64,000 nt of DNA from a virus. Of this stretch, positions 55,956 through 64,000 are shown piece after piece. Both the position numbers and the translations under genes were made by a program. The notes under the pieces are model-generated. The model did no database searches. It was not told where the DNA came from and saw only the letters and a list, made by a program, of their open reading frames with translations. The stretch covers positions 32,001 to 96,000 of IMG/VR virus record IMGVR_UViG_3300032073_005220; one strand, written 5' to 3'. Each line of letters begins with the position of its first letter. Position 1 is the first letter of the stretch.

Positions 55956-56687
55956 TTGAGAAAAAAACAAAAGAATGGAACTCGTAAAGGGTCCATAAAG
56001 CTAGATAGCAATAAAATTAATCCAGAAGAAATTGTTGTAGGATTTAAAAACAGATTAAAACCTAGAACGATTAATCAAAAAAACTATATCAGAACTGTAG
56101 CAGAAAATACTATTACTTTCTGTCAAGGTGTTCCGGGTAGTGGTAAAACACATATAGCTATAGGTATGGCCCTAGAATATCTCATAGATGACAAGGTTGA
56201 AAAAATTGTAATTACAAGACCTGTTGTAGAAGCTGGAGAAAGACTAGGGTTTTTACCTGGATCAGCAGAGGATAAGTTACATCCGTATCTTTTGCCTCTG
56301 TTCGATGAAATTAATTACTTTTTACAAATGCAACATTATGCCAAACTCAAAGTAGGTAAAAGAATAGAAGTAGTTCCTTTAGGGCTAATGAGAGGTAGAA
56401 GTTTCCATAATGCTTTTATAGTTGCTGATGAGTGCCAGAATGCCTCATACGATCAACTAAAAATGTTATTAACTAGAATAGGTATGGACAGCAAGATGAT
56501 CTTAACAGGAGATGTCGCGCAATCAGATTTACAATTCGACAGACAGGGAGGCTTTCTGAGATTAATGCAGGTATTAGAAGGGGTGAATGGATTAGGTATA
56601 GCTGAATTAGAATCTACCGATATTGTAAGAAATGAAATAATATCTCGCGTTATATCTCGACTAGATGAGTATGAGAATAGACCATAA
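55956..56687 (+). CDS. phoH: PhoH-family ATPase
   Basis: G.PGSGKT, TRPVVEAGE.LGFLPG, MRGRSF, DECQN, TRIG, GD..QSD. Confidence 0.95.
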   Translation: MRKKQKNGTRKGSIKLDSNKINPEEIVVGFKNRLKPRTINQKNYIRTVAENTITFCQGVPGSGKTHIAIGMALEYLIDDKVEKIVITRPVVEAGERLGFLPGSAEDKLHPYLLPLFDEINYFLQMQHYAKLKVGKRIEVVPLGLMRGRSFHNAFIVADECQNASYDQLKMLLTRIGMDSKMILTGDVAQSDLQFDRQGGFLRLMQVLEGVNGLGIAELESTDIVRNEIISRVISRLDEYENRP

Positions 56688-57240
56688 ACCTTGCTTAGTG
56701 TTAAATGCTGATTACAGTCCTGTAGCCATTGTGGATTGGCAGAGAGCTATTGTTTGGGCGTATAGGCTCAAAAATAGACCTGAAGGTATCTCTATGGATA
56801 TTGTAGAGTATTATAAAACAGATTTTATAAAAAGCAGTAATGACAAGGTTATATTACCAGCTGTAATAAAAATAAAAAACTATTTAAAATTACATAAACA
56901 TTCTGTTAATTTTTCTAGAAAAAATTTATTTATTAGAGACAACTATACCTGCCAATACTGCAATCGTCAATATTCTCAACAAGAATTAACCTATGATCAT
57001 GTTATACCAAAATCTCAATGGATTTCTAAGAATACCTCTCCTACCACTTGGACAAATATAGTCACAGCATGTGCTAAATGCAATCTAAGGAAAAGCAATA
57101 AAACTCCACAACAAGCAAAAATGAAGCTACAAAATAAACCAATTAGACCATTTAGTACCCACAAGTACTTGCATGTTACATCTAAGCTTTCTATTATGAA
57201 AGATAAGATACCAGAAGAGTGGAAAATTTATACAGGATAA
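56665..57240 (+). CDS. HNH endonuclease (McrA-like)
   Basis: LVLNADY, RDNYTCQYC, TYDHVIP, NIVTAC..CN..K. Confidence 0.9.
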   Translation: MSMRIDHKPCLVLNADYSPVAIVDWQRAIVWAYRLKNRPEGISMDIVEYYKTDFIKSSNDKVILPAVIKIKNYLKLHKHSVNFSRKNLFIRDNYTCQYCNRQYSQQELTYDHVIPKSQWISKNTSPTTWTNIVTACAKCNLRKSNKTPQQAKMKLQNKPIRPFSTHKYLHVTSKLSIMKDKIPEEWKIYTG

Positions 57241-57245
57241 CCCAA

Positions 57246-57668
57246 ATGAGAATTGATCCAAGCGAGTTTGTCTCTGATAACTCTAAGAATGAACAAAAAA
57301 CAGAACGCTTATATTGTGCCTTAGGTTCCGAAGATTTTGTAGATAAAGACGGCTTTCCTAGGCTTGAACTAGAAACAGAAAGCCTATGCGCTAAGGCGCT
57401 ACCCGATAAACCTACCAAGCATTTCGGAGATAAAAGAGGTAATGATTATAGGTATTACATAAGGATGGATGCAGATCAAGAACTTTTTAATCCAATACAG
57501 ATATTATCTACAGTTAAAGATAAAAAGAACAATCACTTTATAAATTCTACATGCAAAAGCACAAAAGACTTTAAAGAAGTATCTCCTTCTATATTTGATA
57601 AATATACCAAGTATTTAAAATCAAAAGATTTAAGATGGCTAAAAGAAGCTCAAAGAGAATTAGTATAA
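57246..57668 (+). CDS. Hypothetical phage protein (paralog of 58361)
   Basis: Shared L.NP, F...TCK, Y..YLK.K.L.WL..A.RE. Confidence 0.65.
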   Translation: MRIDPSEFVSDNSKNEQKTERLYCALGSEDFVDKDGFPRLELETESLCAKALPDKPTKHFGDKRGNDYRYYIRMDADQELFNPIQILSTVKDKKNNHFINSTCKSTKDFKEVSPSIFDKYTKYLKSKDLRWLKEAQRELV

Positions 57669-58012
57669 TGCCAGAATATACCTTTATTTGCGATGATTGT
57701 GGGGAAATATTTAGCATAGTCTCTTCTATTGCTGAATATACAGACAAACAATTATGCACTTTATGTCAATCAAACAACACAAATAGATATTACCAACAAG
57801 ATTTAGCGAACATGAGAGGTTCTGTTATTAAGGCAGACTCTGAACTTAAAACTATTGGGGATTTAGCCAATAGAAATAGAGACAAGATGAGCGAGGACCA
57901 TAAACAAGCTTTGTTCAAAAAACATAATGCTTATAGAGAAAACGCCCCAGAAATGCCTCTACCAAAAGATATGAAAAGAATAAAGAAAACCAAGGGTATA
58001 AAATGGACATAG
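57668..58012 (+). CDS. FmdB-type zinc-ribbon protein
   Basis: MPEYTFIC..CG..F...C..C.S; TAATG-coupled start. Confidence 0.75.
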   Translation: MPEYTFICDDCGEIFSIVSSIAEYTDKQLCTLCQSNNTNRYYQQDLANMRGSVIKADSELKTIGDLANRNRDKMSEDHKQALFKKHNAYRENAPEMPLPKDMKRIKKTKGIKWT

Positions 58013-58368
58013 ATAACAAGACGAATGCCGAATCTATTATGAAGTCATTAAAAGAGGCAGATATACCTCAAGATATAATAGACTCAATAGGTACAGCATA
58101 TGCTCAAAATGGTTTCTCGGATCTAGTAGATACTTCTGCCGATAAATTAATAGATTGTCCTAGAGAAATAGTGTTTAAGGTAGAAGGTACTGTACTAAAC
58201 CAAAGTGACGAAGGAGAAATTGTGGGATCAGAATTTATTTTTGATCAATCCTATCATATTCCTGTCCCCTCCGGCATAAATTATAAAGATTCTATGAATG
58301 CATTTTTAAATCATTTTACATCTAGTCTAGAACAAACAGCAAAAGAGCTTTGGAGAAATAATGTCTGA
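58003..58368 (+). CDS. Hypothetical protein
   Basis: ORF in coupled operon. Confidence 0.6.
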   Translation: MDIDNKTNAESIMKSLKEADIPQDIIDSIGTAYAQNGFSDLVDTSADKLIDCPREIVFKVEGTVLNQSDEGEIVGSEFIFDQSYHIPVPSGINYKDSMNAFLNHFTSSLEQTAKELWRNNV

Positions 58369-58708
58369 CACAATCTATTATACTAACTTGAATTCAGGTT
58401 CGGAAGACGATCAAGGAAACTTTGTATTGAAAGAAGATGGACCAGAGGCATATGCTAAAACGGTGAGGACACAAAATGTTGTCAAACACATGGTTCGTAT
58501 TGATCCTTCTCATAAACTACTTAATCCTTTTGACTACGACAATCAAGCAGAATTTAGCGGACATAAAAACTTTGTAGACAATACCTGTAAAGGATCAAAA
58601 ACAAACAGATATACTAGAGTAAATGGAAAATGTTTTAATTACTATCTATCGTTTTTAAAGACTAAAAATTTAGCGTGGTTAGTCAATGCTGAAAGGGAAA
58701 ACAACTAA
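58361..58708 (+). CDS. Hypothetical phage protein (paralog of 57246)
   Basis: See paralog at 57246. Confidence 0.65.
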   Translation: MSDTIYYTNLNSGSEDDQGNFVLKEDGPEAYAKTVRTQNVVKHMVRIDPSHKLLNPFDYDNQAEFSGHKNFVDNTCKGSKTNRYTRVNGKCFNYYLSFLKTKNLAWLVNAERENN

Positions 58709-59067
58709 TGAATAATAATTTAATTAAAAGATATGCCATTCTATGGTTAGAGTCTCAAGGTAATGATATAGACAAAATTTCAGAAGATTTAGATATACCA
58801 AAGTCTAGCGTAAAAAGAATAGTTAAACTTTATGCTGATCAAAGTAAGAAAGAAACTACAGAACCGTCAAAAACAGCAGAAACTGTACAAGATAAAAGAA
58901 AAACAGCAAAAGACTTTATGATAAACGAAACAGCAGGCAAGGGCTCATCTGGTGTTACGATAATGACCAAAACAGCTTCCGAAATAAGCGATGCGTCTAA
59001 AAAGAATAATACAAATAATCAATCAAAACTTTCTAATTGCATATATAAATTAGACGAAAACAAATAG
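58708..59067 (+). CDS. Hypothetical protein with N-terminal HTH-like motif
   Basis: G.DIDKISEDLDIPKSSVKRI. Confidence 0.55.
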   Translation: MNNNLIKRYAILWLESQGNDIDKISEDLDIPKSSVKRIVKLYADQSKKETTEPSKTAETVQDKRKTAKDFMINETAGKGSSGVTIMTKTASEISDASKKNNTNNQSKLSNCIYKLDENK

Positions 59068-59071
59068 TATA

Positions 59072-59488
59072 ATGGAATACATCTCTAAATACTCTAACGA
59101 TAAAAGAGTATCTGCTGCTCAGTATATCACAGAGATTATATGTGAGCACAAAGCAAAGAAAGAAAAAAAGGATTTGCATTTTAGGTTCTGGCAAACCAGT
59201 AAATACTGGGGAAAATATTATAGAAGTCAAATATCTACGGCTAATAAATTACTTAAAACTTATAGTTCAAAAGCAATTATAGATGCATTAAATGACAGTA
59301 AAGCTGTAAGAATTTTTTCGTTGAGAGCCCCTCACCTAAACGCTATTATAGAACATCATCAAAACTTAATTAATAACACAGAGACTAAGCCTCATGAAAG
59401 TATAGAAAGAGTTGACCACACCAAGTTAGAAACAAGACAAGAGTATAAATCTAATAAGAAAAATATAATAGATATTTTAGACGACTAA
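59072..59488 (+). CDS. Hypothetical phage protein
   Basis: ORF directly upstream of the RecA-like gene. Confidence 0.6.
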   Translation: MEYISKYSNDKRVSAAQYITEIICEHKAKKEKKDLHFRFWQTSKYWGKYYRSQISTANKLLKTYSSKAIIDALNDSKAVRIFSLRAPHLNAIIEHHQNLINNTETKPHESIERVDHTKLETRQEYKSNKKNIIDILDD

Positions 59489-59498
59489 GGAATAGAAA

Positions 59499-60518
59499 AT
59501 GGCCAAATTAAAAGAAGAAGTAACGAAAGCTTTTGGAAAAAATATAATTTTATCAGCTAATTCGATTATAGACAAACCATCAACGGTAGTTCCTATCGGA
59601 CCCTCATTAGACATCATTTTAAATGGTGGTGTTCCTGAAGGTAGTTTTATTGTATTAACAGGACAGCCCAAATGTGGGAAAACTACAACGTCTTTATCCT
59701 TTGCTGCTACTGCCCTTAAACCTGAATATCAAGGAGACTTACCTTCTCCTAGAAAAGCGTACTACCTAAACATTGAGGGTAGATTGAAAAAACGAGATTT
59801 AGAAGGAATACCAGAATTAGACTTAGATAGATTTGATGTAATAGGTTCTCAGCAAGGTAAGATTTTACACGCAGAAGAATACTTACAAATTGCAGAGAAA
59901 ATAATCAATCAAGAACCAGGTAGTATATTAATCATTGACTCTTATTCAGCTTTATGCACAGAAGCTGAAATTACATCAGATATGAATAAGATGCAAAGAG
60001 CAGATGGAGCTAAACTCTTAGCTAAGTTTTGCAGAAAAGTCGCCAACGTTATTCCTGTAAACAAAAATTTAGTAATTGGTATTACGCACCTTATGGGAAA
60101 TCCAACAGGTTATGGCGCAGAGTTTAAAGAAAAGAGTGGTCAAGCTGTAGCATATCAAACGGATATTAAGCTTAGAGCTAAAACTTTCTCACCTTGGCTA
60201 TTAAATAAAGACACCAACTCTCAAATAGGACAAGAGGTAACATGGCAAGTCGTCACCTCTGCACTAGGTCCTCCAGGAGGATCTATTACTAGTTATTTGA
60301 GATATGGACAGGGTATAGATAAAGAAATGGAAGTAGTTAATCTAGCTATAGATTTAGGTCTTATCCAAAAGGCTGGAGCATGGTATACTCTTAGTTTTGT
60401 AGAGGAAAAAGAAAAACCCAAGGCTCAAGGGGTAGAAAAAGTTAGACAGTATATAGTAAATAATCCTGGATGTTATGAGAAGCTCTATGCTTTAATTAAA
60501 GAGACTATGGGTATTTAG
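59499..60518 (+). CDS. RecA/UvsX recombinase
   Basis: SLD..L.GGVPEG, GQPKCGKTT, IIDSYSAL, GID, GLIQKAGAWY. Confidence 0.9.
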   Translation: MAKLKEEVTKAFGKNIILSANSIIDKPSTVVPIGPSLDIILNGGVPEGSFIVLTGQPKCGKTTTSLSFAATALKPEYQGDLPSPRKAYYLNIEGRLKKRDLEGIPELDLDRFDVIGSQQGKILHAEEYLQIAEKIINQEPGSILIIDSYSALCTEAEITSDMNKMQRADGAKLLAKFCRKVANVIPVNKNLVIGITHLMGNPTGYGAEFKEKSGQAVAYQTDIKLRAKTFSPWLLNKDTNSQIGQEVTWQVVTSALGPPGGSITSYLRYGQGIDKEMEVVNLAIDLGLIQKAGAWYTLSFVEEKEKPKAQGVEKVRQYIVNNPGCYEKLYALIKETMGI

Positions 60519-60520
60519 TA

Positions 60521-60925
60521 ATGATAGTTATAGACTTGGAAGGAAATTCTACAAATTGGTTATTGACAGGCAACACTTCTCATGCTAGAATGCTTAATAA
60601 GTCAAAACTACATCTAAGAGCACGAAGTCTACTTAAAGAAGTTCATCCAACACTACAGATATTAGAAGAGATACCAATTCATGTTAGAAAAAAAGAGCTT
60701 TTATATTTAGATTTTTATATACCTTTGGTAAAAACCTGTATAGAAGTTCATGGAGAACAGCATTACAAATTTATTGGACACTATCATGGAAATAGATTTA
60801 ATTTTATTAAAGCTAAACAAAGAGATATGTCGAAAAAAGAATGGTGCGAGTTAAATAACATTACGCACCTAGAATTAAAGTTTGATCAAACAGATGAACA
60901 ATGGAAAGCAATAATAGAGAACTAA
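60521..60925 (+). CDS. PD-(D/E)xK / DUF559-like endonuclease
   Basis: LDFYIP, IEVHGEQHY, RD..K..WC..NNI. Confidence 0.75.
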   Translation: MIVIDLEGNSTNWLLTGNTSHARMLNKSKLHLRARSLLKEVHPTLQILEEIPIHVRKKELLYLDFYIPLVKTCIEVHGEQHYKFIGHYHGNRFNFIKAKQRDMSKKEWCELNNITHLELKFDQTDEQWKAIIEN

Positions 60926-60926
60926 A

Positions 60927-61412
60927 ATGAATACAAAAGAGAAAGTCAAAGAATGGGACGAAGTTTTAGACTCCTATGAAAATAGTATTGGCTTCCCTAA
61001 ATATAATGAGTGTCTTATCAACGAGAAAGAACTTAACGAATACTTCTCTATGGACAGAAATGTTATTGAAAAATTATCTCCAGAAGACACAGCTCAAATT
61101 TCATATAGACTATCTCAGTTCGCTTTTCATGTACAAAGAACTTTAAACAGAGAAATAGCTAGACATAATTGGGCCGAGGAGACTATCAAAGAAACTATAG
61201 CTGATGAATTAAACAGCTATAAAGGTTATGGTTATGTAGAAAAATATTACCAAGCAGTTAAGCACAATGAAGCTGCTCAATCCTTAAGCAAGATTAAAAA
61301 ATACGCTAAACAGAGAATGGATAGATTGTCATATACTGCTAACTCCATAAAAAATCTTTCGGACATACTTATGGCTATTAATAGGAATAAGAATAAAAAT
61401 GGACATCAATAA
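60927..61412 (+). CDS. Coiled-coil protein, possibly UvsY-like mediator
   Basis: All-helical pattern and size; lies near the RecA-like gene. Confidence 0.4.
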   Translation: MNTKEKVKEWDEVLDSYENSIGFPKYNECLINEKELNEYFSMDRNVIEKLSPEDTAQISYRLSQFAFHVQRTLNREIARHNWAEETIKETIADELNSYKGYGYVEKYYQAVKHNEAAQSLSKIKKYAKQRMDRLSYTANSIKNLSDILMAINRNKNKNGHQ

Positions 61413-61821
61413 ATTAAAACAAGATCCTGAAAAAATCCAACAGCTTATAGACTTGTTGGGCTCATTGCTGCCTGAAACGGAACTAGAACCTCAAGCAGTA
61501 AAGAAAAAGACTACAAAGAAAAAAGCGACAAAGAAAAAGACTTCAACCACAAAAAAGCCTAGAAACACTAGGAAAAAACCAGAAGAGCAAGAGTCTACTA
61601 ATAAATTTTTAGACATGCCCGAAATGAATATGCATAAAGAAGACGGGAAAATAGATAAACAACTTCAACAGTTCCCACCCACGCCTAGATCAAGACCTTC
61701 TGTCCAAAACGTTTCTGTTAGATGCAGGATTTGTGGCAAAGAAGAGACCATAAGCCAAGGTTTGCTTTTTGAGGGAGCAAACAGATATAAATGTAATAAA
61801 TGTTCTACACAGTCAGGCTAA
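61399..61821 (+). CDS. Lys-rich protein with C-terminal zinc finger
   Basis: KKKTTKKK tract; CRICG...CNKC. Confidence 0.65.
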   Translation: MDINKLKQDPEKIQQLIDLLGSLLPETELEPQAVKKKTTKKKATKKKTSTTKKPRNTRKKPEEQESTNKFLDMPEMNMHKEDGKIDKQLQQFPPTPRSRPSVQNVSVRCRICGKEETISQGLLFEGANRYKCNKCSTQSG

Positions 61822-61822
61822 A

Positions 61823-63286
61823 ATGATATTATCAAACCCTTCCGCTGAACGTGCTATATTAGCAGCCATAATCAAATATGGTTCAGATATATTTTATGAT
61901 GTTTCTGACATACTAACAGATAAGTGTTTTACTATAGATAGCAACTGCAATATTTTCCAGTGCATTAAAAAGTCTATAGAGAACAATAATCAAAGTCATA
62001 TTGACTTAGCTTCTATATATAGCAGTGCTCAGGAATTAGGAATGTCGAAAGTGTTTTCTACGAAAGAAGAGAACCAGCACCTTAAAGCTGTCATAGACTT
62101 TCCTGTAGAAAAAGACAACGCTAGGAAATTCGCTACGCAGATTAGAAAACTAGAAGTAGCTAGAGCCTTAAGAGAAAACCTACAATCTGCACAAAATGAT
62201 TTGCTAGAAGTAACAGGTACTGAAAATGTGTCATCTATTTTATCCATAGCAGAAGATAAAGTATTAAATTTTTCAGAAAGTTTGACAGATACAGAGAATC
62301 ATCCAGCTCCTATGAGCGATGATATAGATGAGTATATCCAGCATCTTATAGATAATAAAACAGAACAAGTGGGTATTCCTACGGGTTTTCCTGTCTATGA
62401 TTCTGCTATTGGAGGAGGACTTAGAAAAGGCACAGTAAATGTCATAGCAGCTAGACCTAAAACTGGTAAAACGCTTTTGTCTGATAACATGGGATTTTTT
62501 ATAGCAAGTAAAATGGGTATCCCTGTATTAAATTTAGATACAGAAATGAACAAAGAAGATCATATCAACCGTATACTAGCTATGATCACAGAAGTGTCTA
62601 TAGACAAGATAGAAACCGGTAAATTTGTAGATTCGGCTAGTCATAAAACTAAAATAGAAAAGGGCATACAGAAGATTAAAGACTCTAAGTTGTATTATAA
62701 ATCTATTGCAGGTAAAGGTTTTGATGAACAGATCTCTTTGATGAGAAGATGGATAATGACGGAAGTGGGCATGAATACTGATGGAACGGCTAAAGATTGC
62801 GTAATATTTTATGATTACTTAAAATTGATGGATACACAAGGCATGTCTCAAGATATGAAAGAGTATCAAGTCTTAGGGTTTATGATGACAGCGTTGCATA
62901 ATTTTGCCGTAAAATATAAAATACCTATTGTGTCATTTATACAATTAAATAGAGATGGAATCACAAAAGAAACTACTGATGCCGCAAGCGGCTCAGACAG
63001 AATCGTGTGGCTTTGTAGTAATTTCAGTATATTCAAAAGAAAAACAGATGAAGAAATAGCAGAAGATGGCCCCGATCATGGTAATAGAAAATTAGTTCCT
63101 ATTATCAGCAGGCACGGAGGAGGCTTAGATGATAATGACTATATTAATTGTCATATGAAAGGTTGGTGCGCTAAAATTACAGAAGGTAAAACTAGACTTG
63201 AGGTAGTTAATAACACAGGAGACGATAAGGATGGCTTTGTTATTGGAGAAGACGGTGAAGAAGCAGAAACATTCCCATTTAATTAG
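61823..63286 (+). CDS. dnaB: Replicative DNA helicase
   Basis: AERAIL, GIPTGF, AARPKTGKT, DTEM, YDYL, QLNR; start ATG 61823. Confidence 0.9.
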   Translation: MILSNPSAERAILAAIIKYGSDIFYDVSDILTDKCFTIDSNCNIFQCIKKSIENNNQSHIDLASIYSSAQELGMSKVFSTKEENQHLKAVIDFPVEKDNARKFATQIRKLEVARALRENLQSAQNDLLEVTGTENVSSILSIAEDKVLNFSESLTDTENHPAPMSDDIDEYIQHLIDNKTEQVGIPTGFPVYDSAIGGGLRKGTVNVIAARPKTGKTLLSDNMGFFIASKMGIPVLNLDTEMNKEDHINRILAMITEVSIDKIETGKFVDSASHKTKIEKGIQKIKDSKLYYKSIAGKGFDEQISLMRRWIMTEVGMNTDGTAKDCVIFYDYLKLMDTQGMSQDMKEYQVLGFMMTALHNFAVKYKIPIVSFIQLNRDGITKETTDAASGSDRIVWLCSNFSIFKRKTDEEIAEDGPDHGNRKLVPIISRHGGGLDDNDYINCHMKGWCAKITEGKTRLEVVNNTGDDKDGFVIGEDGEEAETFPFN

Positions 63287-64000
63287 TCAAGATAAACTAA
63301 AAGTAATCTGTGACGGATTGTGCGACAATATTGAAGAATTATTAGAAAAATTTGATATTGAATATTCTTGTAATGGAAAGCTTTTAAGTATGGCTTGCCC
63401 TATACACGGAGGGGACAATACGACAGCTTTAAATATATATCCTCAAGGAGATTCTTACAGAGGAAACTGGAAGTGCAGGACACATGGCTGCGAAGAAGTA
63501 TTCAAGGGCTCTGTTATAGGATTCATTAGAGGTATTTTATCTAGAAACAAACACGCTTGGGAACAATCTGGAGATAAAATGGTTTCTTTCCAAGAGACGT
63601 TAACTTTTTGTTTAGCTTTTCTAAATCAAGAGTTAGACAAAATATCTATTGACCATACCCATAGAGACAAAAGTAAGTTTGTTGCAGCTATTAAGAATAC
63701 CAGCAATCAATCAGAAAAAGTTTCTAGCGGAGTTCCAAGAAGCGTTGTCAGAAAACACTTAGACCTAACCCACCCCTATTATATAGACAGGGGGTTTTCT
63801 AAAGAAATTTTAGATAGATACGACGTAGGATACTGTAGCGTGTCTGGCAAAGAAATGTTTGGTCGTATTGTAGTTCCTGTCTATGACCATGACTATCAAC
63901 ATATGATAGGATGTACAGGTAGAACAGTTTTTCCTGTTTGTACAAAATGCAAACATTATCACGAAGCAGAATCAAAATGCCCTAACGAGAACGTGATGTT
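63255..64000 (+). CDS. dnaG: DNA primase (DnaG-type), 3' end outside window
   Basis: Manual translation from GTG 63255 (GGAG RBS): CPIHGGDN...WKCRTHGC zinc finger, YIDRGFS..ILDRYDVGY, GRIVVPVYD, IGCTGR; open to window end. Confidence 0.85.
   Translation, partial: MKKQKHSHLISQDKLKVICDGLCDNIEELLEKFDIEYSCNGKLLSMACPIHGGDNTTALNIYPQGDSYRGNWKCRTHGCEEVFKGSVIGFIRGILSRNKHAWEQSGDKMVSFQETLTFCLAFLNQELDKISIDHTHRDKSKFVAAIKNTSNQSEKVSSGVPRSVVRKHLDLTHPYYIDRGFSKEILDRYDVGYCSVSGKEMFGRIVVPVYDHDYQHMIGCTGRTVFPVCTKCKHYHEAESKCPNENVM

Noticed and set aside
229-61822. Longest-ORF starts at 229, 848, 3252, 3971, 7236, 15873, 18172, 23320, 28783, 33952, 51438, 57219, 57635 and 61769
   Set aside because: Downstream ATGs fit RBS or stop/start coupling better, so starts were trimmed
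2817-62247. Short antisense or alternate-frame ORFs in the track (e.g. 2817, 3562, 4559, 7145, 10456, 10765, 12920, 18015, 24551, 29092, 36004, 44638, 46747, 50111, 54271, 62029)
   Set aside because: They overlap well-supported genes or promoters and lack motifs or RBS; treated as shadow ORFs
53733-63286. Inteins or introns in nrdJ, recA-like or dnaB; HNH genes as intron-encoded
   Set aside because: Proteins are of normal length with contiguous motifs; both HNH ORFs are free-standing
1-64000. CRISPR array, tRNA or rRNA genes
   Set aside because: No regularly spaced direct repeats seen; the few intergenic gaps (<200 nt) show no cloverleaf or T-loop signature by eye
1-64000. Stop-codon reassignment (alternative genetic code)
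   Set aside because: Recognisable genes are full length in code 11; TAA, TAG and TGA all end genes, often in coupled overlaps

Overview
AT-rich, very densely packed and mostly + strand segment that looks like part of a large (jumbo-type) tailed bacteriophage genome. No capsid or terminase gene lies in the window, so phage identity is inferred from: a RecA/UvsX-DnaB-DnaG replication block, PhoH, class II RNR, dCMP deaminase, GMP reductase, a phage sigma factor, HNH nucleases, many short orphan ORFs and pervasive ATGA/TAATG overlaps. Standard genetic code. Layout: (1) 1-25.3 kb and 47-53 kb, a very large glycan-building island (GT25, GT29-like, GT8-like, GT60, HtrL, GT4, RgpF, Gmd, Fcl, DegT, NeuA-like cytidylyltransferase, SDR, cupins, HpcH aldolase, TylF, sulfotransferase) with trypsin and subtilisin proteases; (2) 25.3-33.2 kb, nucleotide salvage, sigma factor, ClpP and a DeoC-fold pseudo-enzyme; (3) 33.3-47 kb, a membrane-protein/papain-protease cassette and a block of Ig-like and Cys-rich putative virion proteins; (4) 53-64 kb, DNA metabolism and replication. 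Most notable observations: an Ig-domain chain that appears split mid-domain at two consecutive stop/start overlaps; a candidate NeuB-independent ulosonic-acid virion glycosylation system; a holin-like/papain cassette with no recognisable endolysin; and a recurrent GGTGTA intergenic motif that is probably the promoter for the phage sigma factor. No tRNA, rRNA, CRISPR array, reverse transcriptase or intein was seen. All family calls come from motif recognition by eye, not database searches.
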